A stretch of DNA of 64,000 nucleotides from Myxococcota bacterium (GTDB taxonomy: Bacteria > Myxococcota_A > SURF-8), in the NCBI GenBank assembly GCA_965140415.1, contig OZ223209.1, positions 1,568,001-1,632,000 of the forward strand, in the 5' to 3' direction. A program made the translations under genes and the position numbers. Of this stretch, positions 49,325 through 58,995 are shown in pieces (within the stretch, counting starts at the first letter, position 1; each line of letters opens with the position of its first letter). The notes below the pieces were generated by a model that ran no database searches, was not told where the DNA came from, and saw only the letters and a program-made list of their open reading frames with translations.

Positions 49325-51751
49325 TTACTCCTCGCTTTGCGGGGCGTCGATCATCTTGAAGTAACGCGCCATCCAATAGGGGAGCAGGAAGAATACGCCG
49401 TCATCCTCCATGCGTCCACCGAGTTGGTCGGGATCGTCTTCGCTGCTCCACTCGCAGGCATAGGGGTTATCGTCATAACGGCAGAGCTTGCGCTCGTTGA
49501 TGGGTAGCGCTTCCGTAAGCTGCTTTTTGCCTTCGCTGTCGGTGGCCGAATTCAATTCCACATCCGCCCGCCAGCAGGTGTCGATGCGCCAGTCTACCAG
49601 ATCCAAAGGTGTTTCGCGCAGCGTCTGGACTGCCTGAGCCAGATCGAAGCCGTTGTGTTTGAATACACCGTAGATAATGTTGAACAGCGGTGCATTCTGC
49701 TCGCGGATCTGTCCGAAGGCTTCTTCCAATGAGTCCATGTAGATTTCACGGAAATCGATTACGTCGGCATAACGCAGCAATGTCAGATACGACAGGAAGG
49801 CCAGTTGGTCGCTGGCATGATCGGCCTTGCGCGTGGCGCTCATTGTAGCCTGATGCAGGGTGGTGTTGGCGTACTCGGCTACATGCGCCCGATCGATGTA
49901 GGCTTTCCAGTAGGTGTCGTCGCCGGTGATGTGATAGGCCGCGCGTAACAGCGCCAGCACCTTCAAGGCGTTTAATCCGCCTTCGCCCTCTGCCCCAAGC
50001 GCACCCGTGACGGCTTCGTCGTTGTAGCGCCCGGCAGTGGTGGCGTTGCCCGTTTTCGGATCGATCAACTGGTAATTGTGCTCGATGATATGCGTGGCGA
50101 TGCGCCCCAGGGCTGCGGCGACCGTTTCTTTTTCCTGCTCGTCTGCCAACAGATCCCAGTAGAACGGATACAGCAACACATGCCCGACGATGGAGTCGCT
50201 GCCGGTATCGGAGAGCCAGTCGTACAAGTCGCTGCGGAACCAGTTCTCCTGATCGATGGGTCCATCCCCACGCGGGAAGATGGAAGCAGCCGGGAAGCCG
50301 GGGAAGGTGTCGAAATTAGGAGCCTTTTCCAGCTCCAGCAGTAGATTCAGGCTGGCTTTGGCGTTGGCGGCGGCTTCGGCTTTTTTCGTGGCATCGGTCA
50401 GCGTTTTACTGCGGAAGACTTCCGAGAGCGCGTACATGCCGGTCCACAGGGCTTCGTCGTTTAGCTGCTGCGGCGAGCAGTCGCTGGTATCTCCGGAGGC
50501 GGCCAGGGTGCAGCGCGCCGTAAAGGCTTCCATTCGCAGGTGGCGTTCGCGCAGGATGCTATGGAAGTATTCCGCTTTTTCCTCCAGGGTCCACAAGTCC
50601 TGATACACGCGTGAAACGCCGCCATCGTGGCCGATCCAGGCTCCGCCCTCCTGATCGAAACCGATGCAGCGCACGTCATCTTCCAACAACCATCGGCGAC
50701 TGTGGAAGACTTTCCAGCGGTCGTTGTCGCTGTCCGGGTCGTTCATCATGACACCTTTTTCGGTGGCCAGCCACAAGCGCCCGGTGCTGTCCAGGGTGAC
50801 CTGCTTGATGTTGTCCCAGGGCATGCCGCCGGTTTTTGCGGCAATACTGGACAGGCGACGGTGGTTGTCGTAGCGCATCAATCCGGTATCCAGGCTGATC
50901 CACATTTCGTTGCGGTCGCCGAACAATTCCACCGATTTCAAACGCCCTTCGATCAGCTGCTTGTCTTCCTCGTCGCTGTCGGAGGCAAGCACGAACCACT
51001 GGTTGTTGTCCAACAGGTGCACCTGATCGGCGGCTCCCAATCCACGCTTGATCAAGGCAATGCGGCCATCGACGCTATCGGTGATATCTACAATCGGTCC
51101 GCTCGGATAATTCCCTTTTTTATTACATTCGCTTGTCAGTTCCCATACGCCATTGCTGCTACCGATGAGAAGCTGATCGTAGGAGCCGGTGGCGATGGCG
51201 TTGGGACTGTCGGTCAGGGCGCAGTCCACCGTTTCGATGGAGCCTCCCAGCCGATAGGAAAACAGGCGTTCGTCCGTGTTTTCACTGGTAACCAACATGT
51301 ACAGCGTATTATTGTAGCCTGTTGCCAGGTCCAACACCTGGAAGTCGTCATAGGGAGCGGGAACGCGCGTAAGGCTTTCTGTGTCCGGATCGAAGCGGAA
51401 CAGGCCGTTTTTCGCGCCGATGAATGCGCCGCCGCCGACCCAGGGTTCGACCGCGTTGACTTCATAGGGTGTTTGTTGCTGGCCGGTTGCGCCGCTCCAT
51501 TGCATGCTGCGCCATTGCAGGTAGGGATCATCGGCCAGATGGTCATTGGTGTAGGCACCTGCCTCCCAGCGATCCCAGTCTTTATCTCCCTGCGCTTCCG
51601 GTTCTTCGTCCACATCGCCATCGATCCAGACGTATTCCTCCGGATCTTCGTCGGTCAGCGGTTGGGTGTCATTATTGTCGTCCGAACAAGCGCTGCAAAA
51701 GCATAATGACAACATCAGGATCGGAATGAAAACAGATAGGCGCTTCTTCAT
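49325..51751 (-). CDS. Lipoprotein with beta-propeller and C-terminal alpha-helical (possibly glycoside-hydrolase-like) domain
   Basis: Lipobox CSAC; propeller blades (DSTGRLWLATEKGV, DQEGGAWIG); helical domain ending LLPYWMARY. Confidence 0.75.
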   Translation of the reverse strand: MKKRLSVFIPILMLSLCFCSACSDDNNDTQPLTDEDPEEYVWIDGDVDEEPEAQGDKDWDRWEAGAYTNDHLADDPYLQWRSMQWSGATGQQQTPYEVNAVEPWVGGGAFIGAKNGLFRFDPDTESLTRVPAPYDDFQVLDLATGYNNTLYMLVTSENTDERLFSYRLGGSIETVDCALTDSPNAIATGSYDQLLIGSSNGVWELTSECNKKGNYPSGPIVDITDSVDGRIALIKRGLGAADQVHLLDNNQWFVLASDSDEEDKQLIEGRLKSVELFGDRNEMWISLDTGLMRYDNHRRLSSIAAKTGGMPWDNIKQVTLDSTGRLWLATEKGVMMNDPDSDNDRWKVFHSRRWLLEDDVRCIGFDQEGGAWIGHDGGVSRVYQDLWTLEEKAEYFHSILRERHLRMEAFTARCTLAASGDTSDCSPQQLNDEALWTGMYALSEVFRSKTLTDATKKAEAAANAKASLNLLLELEKAPNFDTFPGFPAASIFPRGDGPIDQENWFRSDLYDWLSDTGSDSIVGHVLLYPFYWDLLADEQEKETVAAALGRIATHIIEHNYQLIDPKTGNATTAGRYNDEAVTGALGAEGEGGLNALKVLALLRAAYHITGDDTYWKAYIDRAHVAEYANTTLHQATMSATRKADHASDQLAFLSYLTLLRYADVIDFREIYMDSLEEAFGQIREQNAPLFNIIYGVFKHNGFDLAQAVQTLRETPLDLVDWRIDTCWRADVELNSATDSEGKKQLTEALPINERKLCRYDDNPYACEWSSEDDPDQLGGRMEDDGVFFLLPYWMARYFKMIDAPQSEE

Positions 51752-51932
51752 GTTATGGAAACTCCTTGGCAACGGAATGCGGTCGTTCACCCGAAAAGGC
51801 GAATGGGAACACTTCGACTATATTCGCCGTAGTGTAGCACAGCTCCGAAAGGGTGTCTATGCTGCGGGAAGCGGGAAAATACTCGAAAAGGAGCAGTAAG
51901 CGTGGGGACGATTTGATGACAGCAATATCCTT

Positions 51933-52082
51933 TGATCGTAGGGAAGAATCCCCAACTGCATATTCTTGTGTAATTACAATATGTTGAAGTTCTTGAAATA
52001 ATTCCGCTGATCGTAGGGAAGAATCCCCAACTGCATATTCTTGTGTAATTACAATATATTGAAGTTCTTGAAATAATTCCGC
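51933..52082. repeat. 75-bp direct tandem duplication
   Basis: 51933-52007 and 52008-52082 differ at one position; each copy contains the palindrome TGTAATTACA. Confidence 0.95.
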
Positions 52083-52178
52083 GTGACCCGGACTCCATCT
52101 TTGTGTACGATGCCCGCGTGATTGATGCGTATGGTCGTAGCGTTGGTAAATTTTGAAGTAGAAACGGAAAGACCGCTT

Positions 52179-53417
52179 ATGGTTTTAGCCTACCTTACGG
52201 AAGTCTATAATATCCTGTTGGAATTGTCGCCTTCACTGTTGTTGGGACTATTGCTCGCCGGAATCCTGCAAGTGTATCTGCCCAAAGGCTTGATACAGCG
52301 CCGGTTGAGCCGCAACAACACTCGTAGTGTACTGGAGGCGGTGCTTTTGGGTGTACCGATGCCGCTGTGCTCTTGCGGTGTTGTACCCACGGCCATCGGT
52401 TTGCGTAATGGCGGTGCCAGCAAGGGAGCGGCTACGGGTTTTTTAATCAGCACACCACAAACCGGTTTGGATTCCATTCTGGTGTCGGCTTCCTTTTTGG
52501 GGTGGCCTTTTGCATTGTTCAAAGTAGTTGCTGCATTCGTTACCGGCATGATCGGCGGATTGCTGGTCAATGCCACCGAGAAAGCGCAGCCGGTTAACCC
52601 GTTGGCGACACTTCCCGAAATGGAGTCCGACTCACCACAAAAACGCCATCCGTTCGATGTGCTGCGCTACGCCGTTTTCGATCTGCTGGCGGCTATCGAT
52701 CTATGGTTGATTGTCGGCATTCTATTGGCGGCTTTGATCGGCTGGCTGGTGCCGGATGGAGCCCTGTCCGATATGACTTGGACGCAAGGCATTGGTGGAA
52801 TGTTGATCGCATTGGCTTTTTCCATGCCGTTATACGTTTGCACGACCGGCAGCGTTCCCATCGCAGCGTCGCTGATCGCAGCAGGTATGCCGTTGGGAAC
52901 GGCGTTGGTTTTTTTAATGGCCGGACCGGCTACCAATATCGCAACCATGAGCATTATCTACCGTGCGTTGGGTAAGCGTGTATTGGCGATTTATCTGGGT
53001 GTAGTTGCTTTGATGAGCATGCTGTTCGGTCTGTTTTTTCAATGGGTGCTGGGAGCAGGGGCTGGGACCTCAGTGCAGATGCAACACAGTCATCACGAAA
53101 GTGATTGGCTTGCCATGGCCAGTGCGGCGATTCTGGTGTTTCTATTGGCGCTGCTCTCCGTGCAACGTCTACAGAGGCGCTTCAGCGTGCCCATTAAATC
53201 ACAAGGAGATACCGGTTTGGAACTGATACTAAACGTGGAAGGGATGAGTTGCCAGCATTGCGTGGCGACAGTCAAGAAGACATTGGAAGCACAACCCGGC
53301 GTACAGCAGGCGACTCCCGATCTGAATTCAGGAAGAGTGGCTATCGAAGGAGAAAATCTGGATGGCCAGGCGCTGGCGCAGGTGGTTGAAAAAGCGGGAT
53401 ACAAAGCCAGCCTGTAA
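52179..53417 (+). CDS. ArsP/SO_0444-type permease fused to a C-terminal HMA domain (Cu/Zn-related)
   Basis: PLCSCGVVP, STPQTG, PLYVCTTGSVP and AGPATN motifs, His-rich loop QHSHHE, and HMA motif GMSCQHC. Confidence 0.88.
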   Translation: MVLAYLTEVYNILLELSPSLLLGLLLAGILQVYLPKGLIQRRLSRNNTRSVLEAVLLGVPMPLCSCGVVPTAIGLRNGGASKGAATGFLISTPQTGLDSILVSASFLGWPFALFKVVAAFVTGMIGGLLVNATEKAQPVNPLATLPEMESDSPQKRHPFDVLRYAVFDLLAAIDLWLIVGILLAALIGWLVPDGALSDMTWTQGIGGMLIALAFSMPLYVCTTGSVPIAASLIAAGMPLGTALVFLMAGPATNIATMSIIYRALGKRVLAIYLGVVALMSMLFGLFFQWVLGAGAGTSVQMQHSHHESDWLAMASAAILVFLLALLSVQRLQRRFSVPIKSQGDTGLELILNVEGMSCQHCVATVKKTLEAQPGVQQATPDLNSGRVAIEGENLDGQALAQVVEKAGYKASL

Positions 53418-53470
53418 AACGTCGATTAAGGGTGCTTGTTTCCGTTTTGGTTCGTTGTGCGAAGATCTTT

Positions 53471-54250
53471 TTACAAAATGCGAAGATCGTCCAGGTCGAT
53501 ATGGTGAACCCGCTGGTGATAGCGGAATCCGCCGACATTCAGCAGGGTCGTCTCTCCCAACGTCGATTGAGCCAACTTGGGATTGTGAATGTGACCATAT
53601 AGGTGGAGCTTGGGTTTGGTTTGCTGGATGTAGTCATTGACCATCGTGCCTCCACCCTCATTGCGCTTGGCCACCGTGTCCCAGGTCAGATCGTCAATGG
53701 CCGGAGGAAAGTGGGTGCAAAGGATATCCACTTTGCCGATGGACCACAGCTTTTCCGCGTAAGCTTCATCCGTATGTTCACCGGGCAGGTTGATCGAATA
53801 AGGATAGCTGCCCGTACCTCCAACCATTCCGATACGTACCCCGTTGATTTCCTTGACAGCTCCATCGATGTAGCGCTCTCCCAATGCCTCGGACAAGAGT
53901 TGGGGATAATCCACGTTGCCATGAGTGACCAGTGCATTTTCGGGGAGTATCTCCGCTAAAATCTTGTATTCTTTTCGTATTTCGACTTCCGCTTTTTTCA
54001 CTCGTTCCGGGTGATGGAAGAACAGACGATTGGCTGTTTCTAGTGCTTTTTTAGGACCGCCAACACCCAGATTCATGAGAATCTGTGCAATGTCGGTTTT
54101 GGTTAGCACTCGCGCCGCTACACCTGAAAGTGTATGAAAATCAATAAGATTCAGGTTGTCCCCCAGCAGGAAAACCGGTTGATCCGGATCGAGGTGTTGT
54201 TTAAGACGATTGTGCGCACCGTGTACGTCGGCAACAAATTGCAGGATCAT
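53471..54250 (-). CDS. Calcineurin-like metallophosphoesterase
   Basis: DVHG, GD, GNVD, THFPP and GHIH motifs; start re-called to ATG 54250. Confidence 0.85.
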   Translation of the reverse strand: MILQFVADVHGAHNRLKQHLDPDQPVFLLGDNLNLIDFHTLSGVAARVLTKTDIAQILMNLGVGGPKKALETANRLFFHHPERVKKAEVEIRKEYKILAEILPENALVTHGNVDYPQLLSEALGERYIDGAVKEINGVRIGMVGGTGSYPYSINLPGEHTDEAYAEKLWSIGKVDILCTHFPPAIDDLTWDTVAKRNEGGGTMVNDYIQQTKPKLHLYGHIHNPKLAQSTLGETTLLNVGGFRYHQRVHHIDLDDLRIL

Positions 54251-54516
54251 ATCCGTTCCTTTCACAAGAGACTGAAAAGACTCTATCAGACGAGGAAAAT
54301 CTGTCAAGTACGCGCTTTTTTGTTGTCCTCTTGTCCTTTTGGCACAGACACTCTGATGCCATCTTGCCATAATAAAAATTAAAGAAGATTGCTTTTCTGC
54401 TTGAAAGCTGAGCAAAAATACATGATGATAGAAAAGGATTGTGATTTGGTGAGAGTGGCATACTGGGTAGTATCGAAGATCCTGATTGATTTGTCCGTAT
54501 CGGGTGGGAGGTTGTA

Positions 54517-56301
54517 TTGGAAATGGAGTCGAATTCCCTTTCGAAGGTCTTACATAAAACTCGCTCAACACGCATTCTCGTAGTAGACGACGAGGATCTG
54601 GTACGAGGCGTTTTCCTACGCGCGCTGGAGCGTTGGGGGTATCAGGTCGATGGTGCTGCGGATGCAGAGACTGCGTTCAGTATGGTTAAGGGATTCAGTT
54701 ACGATTTGATCCTCAGCGATGTACGTATGCCGGAAAAAGATGGCGTCTGGTTGTTGTCTCAGGTCGAAACCCTGGAAAATCCACCCATGATGATGATGGC
54801 TACCGCTCATGCCGAGTTGGATGTTGCCATTCACTGCCTGACTCACGGCGCATATGATTTGCTGCTCAAGCCGGTCGAACTGGGCTATTTGAAATCCAAG
54901 GTGGAATCTGCGGTCCAGCATATGCATCTGCTGGAGGACCGGAAGCGGCACCAGGAATTGCTGGAAGAAGTGGCTATCGCCGAGCGTTGGCGTTCGCAAC
55001 AAATGTTTCTTAGCGCCATGGATGCTCTCAATCGTGCCCTTGAAGCGAAAGATGTCTATACCGAAGGTCATTCCGCTCGCGTGGCGGTGATCAGTGAAGG
55101 CATTGCGACGCATTTGAACCTGTCGACCGGCCAGATAAACGATGTCATTACGGCAGCGCGTATTCACGATATCGGGAAAATCGGCGTGGAAGATTCCGTA
55201 TTGCTCAAGCCGGGTAAGCTCACGGATGAAGAATTCGAGGAAATCAAGCGTCATTCGACGATCGGAGCCCGTATTCTTTCTCCGATCTTTAAAGACCGCA
55301 CTGAAATCGTTGCGATGGTCAAACATCACCATGAACGTTTTCTTGGTGGAGGCTACCCAGACGGCATCAGCGGGGAACAGATCCCCTTTTTGGCGCGGAT
55401 CATCACCGTGGCGGATTCCTACGACGCCATGACGTCTACACGCGTCTATCGCCAGGCGCGTTCCAGCAAAGAAGCCGTGAACGAAATCATTAAATGGACC
55501 GGCAAGCAATTCTGTCCCACGGCAGTTAAAGGCTTCTTGCGCTTTTACCGACATGCCATTTCCACCGAACTTAAACAGGATGCCTGGCAGGATCAGCGCC
55601 GCAATGAGCGCTATGAGTGCGATTCCAACTTGAACCTGTTGTACAAAGGTGAGGAGGAATTTGTAGCAGCTCTGGATGTTTCCAACAGTGGCATTCGCTT
55701 GCTAACTTCCATGGATCTACCCATTGACTCGGAAATTCGAATTGAACTGGAGCGCATGGAGCAGTTGGAGGCGCGCATCAAGTGGTCAACGGAAACTACG
55801 CAGAATGGCGAACCGCAGCGAATGGTCGGCGGTGAAATTTTGAACCCGCATGATGCGTTTCTGGAATTCGTTCAGCAGGCGTCTTTGCGGGAAGCCGAAC
55901 GGCGGCTTTCTCCGAGAGTGTACCAGTTCATTCCAGTTGAGATAACCCATGATGAAGAAAAGGCACAGCTAAACATTCTGAACCTTGGGCTGGATGGGGC
56001 GTTTATTCAAACCAGAACGCCTTTAATGCAGGGGGAAAAGTTCTTTTTCCGCTTCACCTTGCCCGATCCGGAGGAACACGTTATCGAAGGCCGCGGTGTG
56101 GTCATGCATCAACTGTCGCTGGAAGACGCGCTCAAGATCGAGCGTGCCATTCCCGGTATGGGAGTTCGTTTCTTCGAAATGGAACAAAGTGTGCTTAAAA
56201 CGTTGGAACGTTTTGTACTGGATCAGGCTGCCAGCCGCCGATGGTCAGCAGCCGGTAACGTGAATTTCCCGATTGCGGAACCTGAGGCTCAATCGGAATA
56301 G
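54517..56301 (+). CDS. REC-HD-GYP c-di-GMP phosphodiesterase with two C-terminal PilZ domains
   Basis: Receiver (VVDDE, SDVRMP, LKP); GHSARV, HDIGKIG, HHHERFLGGGYPDG and VADSYDAMTS; RRNER/DVSNSG and RRLSPR/NLGLDG. Confidence 0.9.
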   Translation: MEMESNSLSKVLHKTRSTRILVVDDEDLVRGVFLRALERWGYQVDGAADAETAFSMVKGFSYDLILSDVRMPEKDGVWLLSQVETLENPPMMMMATAHAELDVAIHCLTHGAYDLLLKPVELGYLKSKVESAVQHMHLLEDRKRHQELLEEVAIAERWRSQQMFLSAMDALNRALEAKDVYTEGHSARVAVISEGIATHLNLSTGQINDVITAARIHDIGKIGVEDSVLLKPGKLTDEEFEEIKRHSTIGARILSPIFKDRTEIVAMVKHHHERFLGGGYPDGISGEQIPFLARIITVADSYDAMTSTRVYRQARSSKEAVNEIIKWTGKQFCPTAVKGFLRFYRHAISTELKQDAWQDQRRNERYECDSNLNLLYKGEEEFVAALDVSNSGIRLLTSMDLPIDSEIRIELERMEQLEARIKWSTETTQNGEPQRMVGGEILNPHDAFLEFVQQASLREAERRLSPRVYQFIPVEITHDEEKAQLNILNLGLDGAFIQTRTPLMQGEKFFFRFTLPDPEEHVIEGRGVVMHQLSLEDALKIERAIPGMGVRFFEMEQSVLKTLERFVLDQAASRRWSAAGNVNFPIAEPEAQSE

Positions 56302-56306
56302 GCGTA

Positions 56307-57788
56307 TCAGTAGGCGTAATTAAGTCCTATCCCAACCGTACCCACAAATCCTTTCGACGAGTAACCCGGAAAGCCGGGGTTGTTGGTTTGCAATCCCTCG
56401 CTGGAGGCAACAATGTCGCCGCTGCGGATATCCACCGATTCCGGGAATTCATCCAATAGCAGATCGGGATCTTTGGTGTGGCTACGGGGAACCAGCACTT
56501 CAAACTGTAAATGCCATTCCAATGACAGCCCCTCCACCCAGGGCAGGTGGTAGGTGTTACCGATACTGGCTTCCACACGGTCGTTGTCTACGTAATTTGT
56601 GCGACCGGTCTGTTCCGGAACCGGGGTGGGCAACCAGGCTACTCCGGCGCGCACCTCCAGCCAGTCTATAGGGTGGGCTTGAAAACCAAGCCGTACGGTA
56701 TAGGTGTCTTCGAAACCGTTCGTTCCGTTTGCGGCGATCTCATCCTGAAATTCCGACCAGCGTAACCAGGCGGCGTCTACACTGATCGTAACGGCTTCTG
56801 GAATATCGAACCGTAACCCCGCGCTTAACGTGCGCGGCGAAAACGAAGCGGCGTAGCGGAAAGTCTGCTTGGTGATCGGTTCTCCCTGATAGATTTCGAA
56901 ATTCCAGAATTGCAACTCGTTGTTGATTTCGGCGTTGAACCAGGACCGGTCGCGGAAATTGATGCCCAGGCCGAACCAGTCCAGCGGTTCGATCTGTAGA
57001 CCCACTGAAAGCGCGGCGTCGTAGCGGATATCCGTATCCATCGCGAAATAGATCGTCTCCTGCTCCAGGGCGTCGGGAACGAACATCTTGCTTTTTACGG
57101 CGACATTGGCGAAGACGTTAACGGCCAGACCGAAACCAAGCCAGTCCAACGGACGAAACGCGATGCTACCCAGCGCTGTAGGCCGCCGGACCTTGCGGTT
57201 CAATAACTGGAAGTAAAGCTGATTCGAGAAAAACTGCTCGCGTTCATCCACAAAATGGAAATCGTAGCTCAGTAGAGTTTGCAGCGGCACTTGAAAGGCA
57301 ATGCCCAGGCGAAACCAGTCCAGACCGAAGTCGTGTACGATACCGCCGGATAGCAGTATCGCCATGGGATCGTCGGTGGTGTTTTGCCGTGGGGACAGAA
57401 TTTCATCGGTGGGTAAATAGCGTACCGTCGCCTTGGTGGCGTCGCCACCGGTTTGAATCGAATCGTATACCTCAACCGGAACGTCGTAACCGGAAGGGCG
57501 CTCGTCCAGGTTGATTTCCACATCATCGAAACTGATGGCCAGATGAAAACCGAAATGCGGTTTGATAAAGCCCATACGACCTGGGTTGTAGTAGATAGCC
57601 GAGTAGTCATCTACCGAAGCCGTCGCGGCACCGGCGCGACCGATCGAGCGGGAGGAAAAACCGTATAGATCCAGCGGTGAGGCGCTGGCCGTTGCGGAGC
57701 ATAAGACCAGCATCGATAACGAAGCGATCCAGAAAAAAGCGAGCCGGATACACAAGTTGGGAATCGAACGAAAAGCTCTTGGCATCAT
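56307..57788 (-). CDS. FadL/OmpP1-family outer membrane transporter
   Basis: Signal peptide, hatch GFSSRSIGRAGA...AIYYNPG, amphipathic beta strands and a terminal aromatic residue. Confidence 0.85.
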   Translation of the reverse strand: MMPRAFRSIPNLCIRLAFFWIASLSMLVLCSATASASPLDLYGFSSRSIGRAGAATASVDDYSAIYYNPGRMGFIKPHFGFHLAISFDDVEINLDERPSGYDVPVEVYDSIQTGGDATKATVRYLPTDEILSPRQNTTDDPMAILLSGGIVHDFGLDWFRLGIAFQVPLQTLLSYDFHFVDEREQFFSNQLYFQLLNRKVRRPTALGSIAFRPLDWLGFGLAVNVFANVAVKSKMFVPDALEQETIYFAMDTDIRYDAALSVGLQIEPLDWFGLGINFRDRSWFNAEINNELQFWNFEIYQGEPITKQTFRYAASFSPRTLSAGLRFDIPEAVTISVDAAWLRWSEFQDEIAANGTNGFEDTYTVRLGFQAHPIDWLEVRAGVAWLPTPVPEQTGRTNYVDNDRVEASIGNTYHLPWVEGLSLEWHLQFEVLVPRSHTKDPDLLLDEFPESVDIRSGDIVASSEGLQTNNPGFPGYSSKGFVGTVGIGLNYAY

Positions 57789-57847
57789 TACTTCTTCCTT
57801 TTTCCGCCTAAAATTCAGGCGCTTCGCTGTGTCACCGCGTGCGAATC

Positions 57848-58795
57848 TTATTCTTCCTCGTCCAGCGGTACCGCGTAGGACATCGGATCGTAACTGAAGA
57901 ACACCTGTTGCTGGGCGACCAGTTCCTCACAGGTCAGCGCCTGTGGAAGCTTGATCATCTCAAAGCGATGCAAATCCGCATTTTCCTGGCGTACCAGGTC
58001 AAGTTGAATATCCAAGACCGGTGTATCCGAGCCAATCGTCATCATTTCCACCGTGGAATCGACCAGACCTTCCGCCTTGCCACCACAGAACATTTCTCCG
58101 ATGAATTCCCGCCAGAAGCGCATCACAACGTACACTTCTCCCTGCACTGCGCCATTCAAGCGGGCGGTCAAGCCGGGCTTTCCGTCTTCGTCGAAATCTA
58201 CGACCTCCGTATCTTCCGGCTCTTCTGGCAGCGGATCGTTTTGCGGATCGGTAAACAGGCTTTCATCGGCGCCATACAGATCCAGGAATTCCTCGGTTTG
58301 AAAGGTGGCTCCTTTTTCAAGCGACGTAAGCGAGGCCTGCCGTTGGCGAATGGGAATGTGTTCCACCGCGACATCGGGGAAGATGATTTCCAGTCCTTTG
58401 TCTTCCACGATATTCATATCCAAACTACAGATATGCTCGCTGAAGGATAAATCGGTGCCTGTCTGTTCGACATCCATGAACTCGATTCCAACCAGTACCA
58501 GTTGCACTTTGCCAAAAATCGGGAAAACCGTGGTGTAGGCGATAGCGAATTTCAGACCCCATGGGCCACTGATATCGTCATAACCGGAGGCGACGTCACA
58601 GCCGAAAAGAATACCGTCGGAATCGCTCTCGGTGTCTCCGTCGGTAACAAGATCGCTGTCTCCCTGATCGCCGGGGTTCGGGTCGTCATCTCCCCCGCAG
58701 CCAAGCGGCAACCAGCAAAGGGACAACGATAGCAACAATAGTAATGTACCCTGTGTCAGTCGGACGGGCGCATGCTGAACGGCGTTTCGAATCAT
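57848..58795 (-). CDS. Hypothetical lipoprotein (paralog A)
   Basis: Lipobox PLGC, DGD linker, core with VVDFDEDGKPGLT; clearly homologous to the upstream gene. Confidence 0.85.
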   Translation of the reverse strand: MIRNAVQHAPVRLTQGTLLLLLSLSLCWLPLGCGGDDDPNPGDQGDSDLVTDGDTESDSDGILFGCDVASGYDDISGPWGLKFAIAYTTVFPIFGKVQLVLVGIEFMDVEQTGTDLSFSEHICSLDMNIVEDKGLEIIFPDVAVEHIPIRQRQASLTSLEKGATFQTEEFLDLYGADESLFTDPQNDPLPEEPEDTEVVDFDEDGKPGLTARLNGAVQGEVYVVMRFWREFIGEMFCGGKAEGLVDSTVEMMTIGSDTPVLDIQLDLVRQENADLHRFEMIKLPQALTCEELVAQQQVFFSYDPMSYAVPLDEEE

Positions 58796-58823
58796 GAGCG
58801 GAAATCTCCCGTAAAATGGTGAT

Positions 58824-58868
58824 TTTTCAGATATTTCTGAAAATAGTAAAACTACCAGATAGAGTCAA
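58824..58868 (-). promoter_or_regulatory. Sigma70-type promoter with overlapping palindromic operator (copy 1)
   Basis: Minus strand TTGACT-N17-TATTTT; dyad TTTTCAGA-TATT-TCTGAAAA at 58824-58843. Confidence 0.7.
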
Positions 58869-58995
58869 GTAAAAGTTCTCCCGGCGCTTTTAACGCCGGA
58901 AGAACGAATTCCCACCCCCATCCCCGCTATGATTGCATTTCAGTGGTGTAGTAGAGTGAGGGAGTGGAGGTTTTCTTCCCCAAGATTTCAAAGAA

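Noticed and set aside
51933-52082. Possible CRISPR array, and the 103-aa ORF 51787..52098 with a repeated peptide
   Set aside because: Only two abutting 75-bp copies, no spacers and no cas genes; the peptide repeat is a by-product of a duplication length divisible by 3.
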